Source: Hydrolagus affinis (Eukaryota). Taken from it: a stretch of 64,000 nucleotides of DNA. The translations under genes were made by a program, and so were the position numbers. Location of the stretch: positions 1-64,000 of the forward strand of contig JAAILG010000040.1 of the NCBI GenBank assembly GCA_012026655.1. The letters run 5' to 3'. This document shows positions 1-11,190 of the stretch, piece by piece (positions within the stretch are counted from its first letter, which is position 1; the number at the start of each line of letters is the position of its first letter). The notes below the pieces were generated by a model. The model saw nothing but the letters and a program-made list of their open reading frames with translations. It did not search any database and was not told the origin of the DNA.

Positions 1-148
1 TGTGGAAATTTACCCCATGTTTGCGGATGACATCGCCCAGAGGGAGCGTGTAAAGGGTGAAAAGAAGGGGGCCGAGGACAGAGCCCTGAGGGACGCCGTG
101 GGAAACTGTGCGGGGGTTTGAAGAGAAACCGTTGGAGGAAATACTATA
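1..148 (-). mobile_element. L2-clade LINE reverse transcriptase fragment, 5'-truncated, runs off the left edge
   Basis: Minus-strand translation [46 protein letters not shown], the canonical non-LTR RT motif just before YADD. Not in the ORF track. Confidence 0.92.
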
Positions 149-1353
149 GCCCAATACTATGCATTCATCTCCTCTGTGAAAAAATCCTCATTCCTAGCAG
201 TTCTCTGATCAACAAAACAGTACTTGCAGCTTAAAGGCAAAGCAAGGCAATGAGATCCTTTGCAAAGTGCCTCTTCGAGTATCAGTGGGCGGTGAATTGC
301 AGTTGTAATTCAACTGCACGTAACAGTGGGTTCTGCTTGATGCAAGTCAGTTGGGAGCCATTTTCTAGATTTGATCCTCGCCTTTCGTGAGATTTGTTGT
401 CGAGTTACTTGGGGCCACCGCAAACTGCAATGGAAAGTGATCTGAAGTAGGATGGCAGCTTTTGATCAGCAGGCTCGCACTATAACAATGTGGAACTCAA
501 TGCCTGCACATTAGATACGCTCCACAAGAATTTGCCATTCCTGCCTGACGTCAACGAAGCATGTCTATTTCACATTTGCTTCAATGATACACCAGAATCC
601 TGGGATTTGCAATGCGGCAATTTGTATGTTGACTTTCTTTCAACTCTGTAATGTGCTTCGAACCTTCTGCCGCGGGCTGGTTAAGTGGGTAATTCATTTC
701 AAGTGGCTCCTCCTACAAAAGACATTACCTTTTTTTAAACAGAATGTAAAATTAGACTCGTTTTCAGCCTCCTAACTGACCAACCAGCTGTATCCAGCCA
801 GATGTGAGACTGGCTCCGTTGGTAGTAACCGTCTGACTCAAAGGTGAGAGTGCTACCAGTGAGACAGGCTGACACCTACATATTACTATTACACACTGTA
901 CTTTCTTATATATTTTGAGAAATAGTTGAAATCCGACACATTCCATGAAAAAGGGACATCTAATAACTCAACGGTGACTTTATTTCTCCTGAATAATGAC
1001 TCCTTCATCAGTGACTGACAGAAACAACTGGATATTTTACTGTTTGGTATATTTGCATTGTTTCTTTCACGTAGATTTAGCCTTGTACTTTGTTTCTCAA
1101 CAAAAGTCGATTTATTCCAGCTTCAATCTTTATAATTAAGTAACATGTAAATATGCCTCAGTTGGTTATAAATCAAGATTTTAAAATAGGTTACTAGATT
1201 TGAAGTAGTAATTTATATAAAGGCCAGAAAGAAAGATTATCTAAAAAGACTTTTCCTCCCTTGCCCTTGAATTCTGCTCTTACAGTTTAAGTCAAATAGC
1301 CAAGATATACCTACATTTTTGAAATCTCTCATATTTGCAAGAGGCTGGGATAT

Positions 1354-1655
1354 TTTCGCCCACAAAATATACAGTTAATTCGCTTCATAATATATTCTAT
1401 TGGTCCTTACATTTGATATAGCGCTTTCCACATCTAGACGTCTCAAAACGCTTCACACAATATACTGTAAAGTGAATTGATTGCATATTTGTGGGCGAAA
1501 CGCGGCAGCCAATTTCACACGGCAGTGTCCCACAAACAGTTGTGGATTGAAATGATCAATTATTACAATTTTTTGGGGACGTGCAAAACATGAAGTGCTT
1601 TGAGATGTCTAGAAGATGTGACAAGAAGCTATACCAAATGCAAGGATTAATATTT
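1354..1655. mobile_element. Nested SINEs: minus-strand SINE 3' part (~1404-1580) inside a plus-strand copy of the same family
   Basis: The plus copy breaks at ...aatatattcta (~1399) and resumes at tgaagtgctttgaga (1591). The intervening sequence is the reverse complement of the SINE body and tail. Confidence 0.8.
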
Positions 1656-1689
1656 TCTTATTAATCTAAAGAATATAAATGAGGCTGTA

Positions 1690-2460
1690 GAGCCTCTTCG
1701 TATAACTGAGGGAGCCAAACCTTGATGGTTCCTCTCTGAAACACTTTCCAATGCCTCAATGTCCCTTTCAAGGTACGGGGCCTCAAACTGCATGCTGAAT
1801 TCAACACAGGCCCCCACCAGATCTGTACAGTGTTTGAAGAATATCTTTTCACTGATAGTCAAAGGCTCTCAAGAAGCAACCTAGCATATGATCGACTTTG
1901 GTATCCACAGATTAATGTGGTCTGGGTAAATTCGGTGAATTGAAAATAATTGCACTCAAACCTTTATCCTTCTCCACCTCTATTACCTCTTCATTATACA
2001 TATAGGTCTACTGTTTCTCGTTCCAATGGGCAACGCCTTATATTTATGTACTTTAAAATCCATCTGCCACTTCTCGGCTCATCTGCTTAATTGGTCTAGT
2101 TCTTTCTGGATGCTATTCTGGATACTCTGATATTATTCACCTGCCTACACAGCCTGATATTGTCAGCACGTTCTATAATATTACAAGATGTGTGCTTCTC
2201 CGAGTCATTTATGAATAGTGTGAACAGTAGGGTGCCCAGAATAGATCATTGTGGAACTTCACAATTCACTGCCCTCCAGGCTCAACTTGCCATCATCTCA
2301 TTATTTGTACAACAAAGCCAGAATCAATCCTACCAGGTAATTTGACATTAAATTCTCCAAGCTATTAACCTGGTTGGAAACGTCTTCGCAGGTGGAGCTT
2401 GATCAAAATTAATCTGAAAATCTAGGTAAATCATGCTACATGACTCTTGTCCATTTAGTT
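1690..2460 (-). mobile_element. Degenerate CR1-clade LINE ORF2 (RT and C-terminal region)
   Basis: Minus-strand remnants MIYLDFQ (~2414-2434), a degenerate VPQGS-type motif ending SILGTLLF (~2220-2260), and LVGACVEFSMQFEAPYLERDIEALESV, resembling CR1 LVRPHLEY..QFWSP...KDI.ALE.V. Confidence 0.8.
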
Positions 2461-2469
2461 ACTTTCTCC

Positions 2470-2675
2470 AGAGCCTTGGGATGTCTGCCTGATGTGAAAG
2501 GCGCTATCCAAGTGTGACTTTGTTGTTGTTGTTCTCAAATAATTGTTCTGTCCGTGATTTTGCCTCCTACAGGTGTGAGGCTAATCTAGCCTATAATTTT
2601 ACGAGTCACGTTTCAGCGCCTAGCGATGTCCTCCTGACGTAAAAGGAGATCTAGAAAGGTCATTTTGTTGTTGTT
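2470..2675 (+). mobile_element. Two L2 LINE 3'-tail fragments
   Basis: gccttgggatgtctgcctgatgtgaaaggcgct...(gtt)n at 2470-2532 and a second copy at ~2616-2675 match the 3' end of the longer L2 copies. Confidence 0.7.
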
Positions 2676-3247
2676 TCATTTTGTTTCTGCACAGGTTTGC
2701 TTTCAGTAACGATCAGTCCTCCGAAAGTAAAGGTACTTTACTCAAAGTAAAAGGGAATTTCTCCTAGTGTGCTGGCCACCAACAACCAGATTAAAGTAAA
2801 ATTGGTCATTCACTTCATTAATTTTTCTGTGTCACTACTGTGTGCATTTGCCAACATATGCAGAGTCACTCTGTTTTACAGTGAATGTGGTGAAACGCTC
2901 TGTTTCCTTAATGGGACGCAATTTCTTCCATTTTGTTTTAAAAAGAACATCTATCGTTGTAAGGTCGAGCTCTGCTGTCTTCCCGCAACTCATCACCTTG
3001 TTGTTCTTAAAAGTAGTTCACCTCTGCATTGTCTGTTTTGTTCTTATCCTCCAAAACAGTATGGAATCCAAGTGTGCAATGCTATCCCCAGTTACTGATC
3101 AGCTTCTGTGTGGCACCTGGTCTGGTGTTGTCCTTCATGGGTGGCGTCTATCGGAAGTTGTTTATCTCCTCTGTGAAATTTTATCTACTTGTGAGAAATT
3201 GAAATACCGAAGCTATCGATACATTATCATTCCATATGTTATGATGT

Positions 3248-3585
3248 GGAGCTCCTGTGGCTTAGTGGTTAGAGCACTTGTCTTGCAAGCTGGGGAGACC
3301 AAGCTGGGGAGACCTGTGTTCGAATCCAGGCAGGTCAGGGCGAAACCTTGGGCAAGTTTCCTTACTCCACACGCCTAACAATAATCCGTTGACAAAAACC
3401 ACAGTAATAAAATTGGTCATTTCAATCCACAACTGCTTGTGTCACTGCTGTGCGCAATTGGCTTCCGCGATTCGCCCACAAATATACAGTCAATTCACTT
3501 TACAGTATATTCTGTGAAGCACTTTGAGACATCGATAAGATATGAAAAGCGCTATATCAAATGCAAGGATTATTATTATTATTAT
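3248..3585 (+). mobile_element. Full-length tRNA-derived SINE (CmiSINE-like: tRNA head, CORE-like segment, Deu-like segment, L2-like tail)
   Basis: A box tggcttagtgg, B box gttcgaatcc, ccttgggcaagtttccttactcc, ctgctgtgcgcaattggct, (tat)n tail. Internal 14-nt duplication aagctggggagacc. Confidence 0.9.
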
Positions 3586-5544
3586 TCCAATACTGAATCT
3601 TCCAGAGAGATCTCCATCTACACGTTCAGTTTGTGTCTGAATGCTGAAAGACTGGTTATTTTGTCTTAATACTCAAGGTTGTTCAGAATTGGGGTAAATT
3701 CGTGAGTTTGGTGTTGAATTGAATACTCCTTCCTCTCCCACCCACCATGTACCCACCCACCCACACCACTGCAGTTCTAAAGAAGAAACTAGCCTCCAAA
3801 TTAAATCTGCATTGAACTGTGCATAATTCTATATTTTGAGACGACGTGTTTTTTTTTTAGCAAGCTTGGGTTCACAGATCAGGTTGCTTCATAAGGCACC
3901 CTGAGCAACACTCGATAACGAGCAGAAACCAGAGAGGAAGTTAATTGTAAAAACAGACAGTCTCATTACCACCAGTGCATGATTTGTTTGAATCTTAAAA
4001 GCGCAACATCTCATTAGGGCGACTTTTTTTGGGGGGGTGGAGAGTGCGGAGCTTGCAAAAGAAAACGTTCAAGGTTCCCACAACATGTAAACTCCAGGCT
4101 CCAGGGACAGAACAGCTTCATGAAACATGTTTAAAAAGTGCACTTTGTAATTGTTAGCAGTAAAGCGTAAAATTATATTCGACAAAACATGCTTCATTTG
4201 GCAACTAAAATGATTCAAGATAATGGATTTGTTTTCATCACTGGGACAGACTTTGTTTTCTCTGCAGTGGCTCCGTTGCTGTTTCGCCACAGAATGGAGC
4301 TTGAAGCTTTTCACTAATAAGAATATATTGGCATGTCAGGCAAGAGACTAATTATACTTACCGCACAGTATACAATTTATTTACATTTTCCAACCACAAT
4401 ACCTAGGATTAGCCTGCTGAAATATTAATCCTGGAAAAAGAAAAACAACACGCCATAATTAAGATTAAGTTGTGTTCCACACTTGTGTGTTGCCTCAACG
4501 GTTTGCTGCTTTTATTAGCTGCAGACACGGGCTAAAACGGATAATTACAACTTGTGACGAAAATGTCATTTTCATCAAGAACCGTGATTGAAAAATAAGT
4601 CAAAAGTGTGAGCGCGCTGTGTATCAGTCCGAAATGCTTTGATTACTCGAGTCAGTTAAGTAATGTCAAATCTCCCCCAGCAGAATCGACTTTGGTTCTG
4701 AAACCATGAACCTTAGGTGAGCGAGCCCTGTGATTTTCTTGACAATCCAACGGCAAAAATCTCCAGCAGCATCACACAGCCGTGTCTCTGTATTCTGCAG
4801 TCATTCTATTTGCGGATCATAGCTCTTCTGGGAAATCAGCTGTGTCAATGATTGTCACGCTGTTCAACAAGACGTATGTAGCATGTAGCACTGGGTGTCT
4901 GTCTGAAAATTGCATTTCACTCTGTAAAGCAGAAGGCTATTTTGTTCTGTCTTTTTTAAAAAAAAAGAAATCAATAACTTATAATGTCAATATTAGATTC
5001 CTATTCTTATATGAAATAAGGGACCTCTTCCCATGTCAAATATTTCAGACCCGACATTTTCCAACCCATTCCCGCCTGCTGTGAGGATGTGACAATCCGT
5101 GTTATTGAAAGAATTGGATTTTACCTGTCACCTGCTCTGTAACTCAATGGAATGATTGTTCAACAGCACCAAATCTACACTAAATAAGATATATGGCTGA
5201 GTCTTCTAAAAGTTTTATGCATATGGTTTCTTTTTTCTCCCAGCTGTGTCATAGATGTCAAAAGTCTGACAAATTTCCCTTGAGGCAATTTAAGCAAACT
5301 TTAACTGGGCCTACTCAAAAAACACTGCTCGAGATCACACACAACAATGTTACCAGCTATGGCATTAAAGGCAATTTCAGACAGATATCTGGAAATACTT
5401 CTTGATAAGATTAATTAACAACTAGTACAGGTGACACGAAGGGTGGTTGATGGCCAAGCGGCTGGGACTCACTTAAGAAACAGTCACTCATTCTGAAGGG
5501 AGGACTGAAATGTTGGTGATCTGATCGATTGTGATATCGTTATT

Positions 5545-5714
5545 ATTTTCATGATCATTGTGGGACACTGCTGTGCGCAATTGCCTGCCACATTTCGACC
5601 ACAAAATGTACAGTCAATTCACTTTACAATATATATTCTGAGAAGCGCTTAGAGACATCTTGAAGACGTGTTAAAGTGCTAATTCAATTGCGAGGACTTT
5701 TGTTATTATTATTG
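5545..5714 (+). mobile_element. 5'-truncated SINE, same family
   Basis: tgtgggacactgctgtgcgcaattg...cagtcaattcactttac...(tat)n. Confidence 0.82.
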
Positions 5715-6792
5715 GTAGTATTATCTATTCATCATCCTGCACGGCAAGGTAAATAGCCTGCAGTCCACCAGGACACAGGGGTCTAAGTTCCGTTTATTAC
5801 AAATTTCAGTTTCAAACCTTAAATTACAAGGGTCTTGAAATGGCAATTTGCAAATCCCAAATCGGCGAAATTCGAAGGAAAAACTCTGTGGGTAAAAGGG
5901 ACAGTTTTTCGTTGCCAAGCTATTTGTCTGCATTTTTGATGGCTTGTTTCTATTTTTGCAAGCGCTCGCAATCTGTCATTCGACAACCGGCAGCTGCAAT
6001 TAATATAGCACATTTTGTGTGAGAAATATCACATTGTACAGAGTGTAGTGCACGTGTTCAGTGCTAGACTGCATATATTGTTGCTCAGTGCTGGGTGTCT
6101 ATGACAAAAGACAGCTGTTCCTTTATCATGTACATGACCCAAAAAAAAATAGTTGCTTTTGTAACGGTTTGCTTTCAGATAGCGAGGTCTCAGATTTATG
6201 TCCCTGGAGAGTACGTGTGAGAGGCTCAGACACTGTTTTGAGAAGATTGCCTTTGAAGGATTAGCTGCCCACAATGTGACATTTCATAACCTGATCTGGA
6301 AGAAATATCAGGGAAACACTGTGCTCAATATAATAGTTATCCGAGATGGAAATTGATACACAAGTAAATTTAAGACAAAGGGAAATGGTAAGGCATCCCA
6401 CTGCTTTAGGCTATAGCAACTGTGACAACAAATTGAACCATGAGCCTAATATGTGAAGTCAACTAACATACACAGAATAAACTGATTTCCTCTTTGAGTA
6501 AAATGTGGAGTCTGAGGTCCAGGGCTCGGTAGCTACTAGAACTTTGGTGTTGACTTTTAAGCACTCAGATGCTACTTTGCGTGGGGGGTGCTATATAAGC
6601 ACAAATTGTTGTTGACTTCTAGATAGTTTCTAGATAACTGGTACGGTGTTTGGCAAGCCACTTGTTGAAATTCCCAAAAGTGAATCATGTTCAACTGGAT
6701 GATCGAGTTGTTGCAGTCCCCTGATCTAGGGCCAATGAACAAGAAGAACTTGCAATTTATATAGCGCCCTTCACACTGGACGGCGTCTTGTG

Positions 6793-7140
6793 AAGCTCCT
6801 GTAGCTCAGTGGTTAGAGCACTCGCCTTACAAGCATGAGACCTGTGTTCGAATCCAAGCAGGTCAAAGCGAAACCGTGGGCAAGTTTCCTTACTCCACAC
6901 ACATGCCTAATAATAATCCGTCCAAAAAAAAACAATAATAAAATTGGCCATTTCAATCCATGACTGTTTGTGTGACACTACTGTGCGCAATTGGCTGCCG
7001 CGTTTTGCCCTCAAATAGACAGTCAATTCACATTACAGTATGCTCTGTGAAGCGCTTTGAGACGTTAAGATGTGATAAGATATGAAAAGATAAGATGTGA
7101 AATGCGCTATATCAAAATGTAAGGTTTATTTATTATATTA
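6793..7140 (+). mobile_element. Full-length tRNA-derived SINE, preceded by a minus-strand L2 tail (~6736-6790)
   Basis: cctgtagctcagtggttagagcactcgccttacaagc...gttcgaatcc; body and tail as in other copies, with slippage repeats in the tail. Confidence 0.9.
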
Positions 7141-7469
7141 TTCTTATTTTATCAATGAAGGAATGACTGGCTTCAAGGATTCTAAGGTAAACGGTGTGCC
7201 AGAGAAAATCAAGTTTCTAGACAACACAGAACTTTTTCAGGAAGAAGGAACTTTTGAAGGAGAAAAGACTGGAGACAACTACTGCCGTTCATCATTAAGC
7301 TAGACAATCTCAAAGTTATGGCCAATGTATCAAATGCTATCCTTATTTCGACGGGCAGCAGACACGTTAGTACGGGATATAAATAGGGTAACCGGGAATT
7401 TATTAAGATTAGATTTGGAGACGGGAATGCTTCGGTAGATAAGAAGGAGCTGAGTTATGGTGGTAAATA

Positions 7470-7790
7470 ATATTCCTTGCATTCGATATAATGTCTTATC
7501 ACATCGTAGAAACGTCTGAAAGAACAGGTGCTGTATGTTTTACAGTTGAACAATGCAGTCAATTTGTACACAGCAATGTCCCACAAACCACCGTGACTGG
7601 ATGATCAGTTAATTGCAGGATGGTTGTCCAGAACAGCGAGAGAAACTCCCTTCTCTTTTCAAACAATTCCATGGGATCCTAAACTTCCACCTAAACTGAC
7701 AGAACGGACCTGGGTTTAAGGTCTGATCTGAAGGTCAACACCTCCAACCTTACAGTGCTCAGACGAGAAATTTCATTGAGGTAATCTGTG
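7470..7790 (-). mobile_element. Older DeuSINE (SacSINE1/AmnSINE1-like)
   Basis: Reverse complement of Deu-domain motifs (cagcaatgtcccacaaac; ccatgggatc; gggtttaaggtctgatctgaagg..cacctccaac) plus an L2-like tail. Confidence 0.7.
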
Positions 7791-7902
7791 CTTGACAAAA
7801 AAATAGCTCCAATGCCAAGTACCAAAGCAGATACTGTATCATTATTAAAGTTAGATGCTTTGCTAGCCACCAGGAATATTCTGTGGGGATAAAGAGAAAA
7901 AC

Positions 7903-7970
7903 GGCAGATGATGGAAATCTGAAATAAAAACTGAAAATGCTGGCGATCCACAGCAGATCAATTAGTGTCT
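7903..7970. mobile_element. Single arm of the Penelope-derived hairpin element family
   Basis: cagatgatggaaatctgaaataaaaactgaaaatgctgg resembles the arms of the element at 30258-30442. Confidence 0.6.
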
Positions 7971-8894
7971 AGAAAAGAAAGCAGCGAAAGTATAAAGAGA
8001 ATACAGTTAGCTTCAGGCAGCCTATTAGCTGTGCATTGTTACTGAGTTCAATTAAGTATTGCTTCTTCAACCCACACTGTCCATGCCAACAGCACACAAG
8101 ATAAGCGTGTAAATAATAAGGTACATTTTCTTCTATATTTGCTTTTCAAGTTGCTCATTTTTCGAGGAAAATAAATGAACTAATATACTTGCCTACACTC
8201 GTTGAAGGGAAAGTTTTAAATAAGCAGCGTTATTGAGGGTCATGATAGCCAAAGCCATTTTGCGTTGCACTTGTGAACAAGCAAAGTAAAGGAGGCCCCT
8301 TCGTAGCAGTGCAAATTAAAGCCGTGAATAAATGCAGGTCCTGTTTCTCTTTCGCAAAGTACAAACAAATTCTGTTTTAAACTACTTTACCACAAAAAAT
8401 GCCCTTTCCTTCTTCTCCGCCATTATTTGCTCTGCAAAATACACTTTCCTTTTTATAACAGTTTGGCATTTTGAATAAACATTTAATTCAATAAATATTT
8501 GATATCTTCTATTTTCTGCCTGATTGTCATTCTTGCTGAAATAGTTGCTCTCCAATTTAGATTTAACAACCTCTTTTTACGCCAAAGAGTACTGAACTCT
8601 CGGTTCAAACTCTTTGGAGACCACGTGCACAGCCATATTCAATCACTCGATTTACTTTGATAATTCCTATCTATCATCTCTTCATCAAATTGAATGTTGG
8701 AACCACTTACTATAAATAGCACCTGCACTTGTCAAAGAAAATGAACTCTAAATTATTTACCAAGTGCCTTTTTTTAATATAAAAAAGTCATACAAGCAAG
8801 AACTTTATTTTTCAAAATAAACCCCCCCAAAAAATAATTCAACAGAATTTTCCTCAAAATTCTTCCAATGTACCTTCATTCTTTATAAATAATG

Positions 8895-9130
8895 GTAATA
8901 ATAATCATCCTTGAATTGGATATAGCACTTTTCACATCTTCTAGACGTCCCAAAGTGCTTCACAGAATATACTGTTAAGTTAATTGACTGTGTATAGGTG
9001 GCCGAAACATGGCAGCCAATTGCGCACAGTTGTGCATTGTAATGACCAATTTTTTGTTTAGGGATTATTGAGGGATTGAGGGATTATTATTAGGCGTGTG
9101 GAGTAAGAAAACTTGCCCAAGGTTTCATCC
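8895..9130 (-). mobile_element. tRNA-derived SINE, partial
   Basis: Reverse complement of the tail, cagccaattgcgcacag and gcgtgtggagtaag..acttgcccaagg. Confidence 0.85.
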
Positions 9131-9347
9131 AGCTGGGCACAGGATTCGAAATTGTCCCGTCAGATGGTAGACAAGTCTCTGAGATGTCTGGAAAATGGGA
9201 GTCTGTAAGCATAAGCTATCACTTCAGCTTCCAACTGAGCTCCCTTGAAGTTGATGAAACACTGAAGCCTTTTAGCACACAATGGATTTACTGAACTGCT
9301 CTCCTTGCAATTTCTTGACAAGATGAACCAATGATTTGTGCTTAGTT

Positions 9348-9765
9348 CGTCAGTTTGGCTTAGTTGGTAGTTCTCTCGCCTCCGAGTCAAAATCCTCACA
9401 CCGGGCTGGAACCCACAACTTTCTGACACAATCCAGGCCAACACTCCAAATTGGTGCTGGGATGAATGCAACACATTGTTGGAGGTACTATCCTTTATGT
9501 TAGACAGTAAACTGATCCACTTTCTGCGTGTTCCAAGTAAACTTTAAAGATTCTTTAGCGCGATTCAAAGCGAGAAAGGAGTTTCTCCCAATATCCTGGC
9601 CAACAATCAACTCTCCGGATAAAATTGGTCATTTACTCACTTCATGACCGTTTGTGGAACACAGATGCATGCCAATTAGCTATCATGTTCACATAAGCTG
9701 CATAATCACAACAGTTTGCAGAGAATCCTGTGAAGCACTTTTACGACGTCCTCCTGAAAGATGTG
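9348..9765 (+). mobile_element. Older DeuSINE (SacSINE1-like), near full length
   Basis: Head gtcagtttggcttagttggtag..ctcgcctccgagtca, atccaggccaacactcc, cattgttggaggt, Deu segment, tail gtgaagcacttttacgacgtcc. Confidence 0.72.
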
Positions 9766-11089
9766 AGTTCTTTCACTGTCAACCAACCCTGTGTTTTCTG
9801 ATGCATCCGAAACAGAGCTCTTGTGAAGACAAACGTGCATGAAGGAAAGTAGCTTACAAGAAAAGGTGATGGTTACTGGGGTGGCTTGTCAGTGCCCGAA
9901 ACATCCAACTGAATGAACTCTAGAGAGTGTATATCAGCTCCGATACCAATCTAGGTTCAACTCGTGAAGCAAATAAGAGAACGATGACAATGAGAGAGAT
10001 TTCTGCTTTTGAATGGTGAGTCAATTTGAATACTATAAATACAATGTTCTGAGTTCTTACATTGAATAATTTTCGTTCCATTCCCGTTTGATTTCCTTGG
10101 TTATTCTCTGAGAGCCTGAGTAATATGTTGCAGGGAACTTGTCTCTGTACTCATGTTCGAATACAACATTTTCAGGTGAGAGATATTAGACAAAGTATCT
10201 CATCGCCATGTACTTCTCTCTCTATGTATTTTGCTAGTCACCATGCAATCTGGGTAATATGTCCCTGCAGAATCATTTCAATGGTGCACAAGTACAATAA
10301 CTGAAGAAAAAAAGCTTCCCCTGTGCCTTATATTAGGCCCATTACAGAAAAGCCAAACAAATCAAAGAGAAGTTATCAAATGACCTTAAATTAGACTGAA
10401 GGAGAAGACAGAAGGTGAGTAGCATGGCTCAGAGTACCCAAAAGGGAAAACATCTTGTAAAATGGATCTCGATGATTGATGCGTAAAATTTTAATGTTGC
10501 AATTTGGTGAAATGATCTCTTGTCATTTTATTGCATGTTGCTTTCAGATTGCGAGCAAATTGAGGGATATTATTGAGAACGCAGGTGATGAAAGACAAGC
10601 CGTGTACCGTAATCGTAACCTAAACGTCTCCACAAGCACATCAGTCATAGGCTCTCGCACCAGGGCAGCATCGAGCTTGTGAATAAACTATCAGGGAGCC
10701 CAAATCACTCGAGGCTCAAGCAGCAAGGCCATTATGCCTTAACATTAAGTTAAGATCACACAGAATGGAGGGTGAAGGGGTGGAGGGGGAGGGGGGGGGG
10801 GGCAAGACAGACTACTTGTGCATCGTTTTTATTAATGCATCATTCACCATAAGATATGATGGTTCAATTAACAAGTGGAATAAAAACAGGCTTTTTAGCA
10901 ATTTGCAAAGGGCACATTTTTCCCTCCTTTGTATCATTGGCATGTCGTAACATCAAGACACTATTTGTATTTTTAAATTCTTTCTGTTCTTCTCTGCTGT
11001 TAAGACTATTTCCCTTGGGATCTGGGGATGCACTGTGTTGTGCTGCATTGCGACGGCTAGCCCATATATAGCCCTAGAAGGTTATGCTG

Positions 11090-11190
11090 ATCGGCTTAGT
11101 TGAGGAGGTGCAAGAGAAGCCTCATGTGGAGCCTAAACGCCTGCATAGACCAGTTGGGCCGAATGGCCTATTTCTGTGTTGTATATTCTA
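11090..11190 (+). mobile_element. CR1/HER1-type 3' end fragment
   Basis: gcatagaccagttgggccgaatggcctatttctgtgttgta, the typical chondrichthyan CR1 3' terminus. Confidence 0.65.

Noticed and set aside
743-843. Plus-strand AG...AAG|gtgaga exon-like segment
   Set aside because: Stops in all three frames from either acceptor; no support as a coding exon.
2842-3669. Overlapping ORFs of up to 178 aa
   Set aside because: No recognisable domain. The 3' parts are translations of a SINE, and the same peptides (e.g. KRYIKCKDYYYY) recur at other SINE copies.
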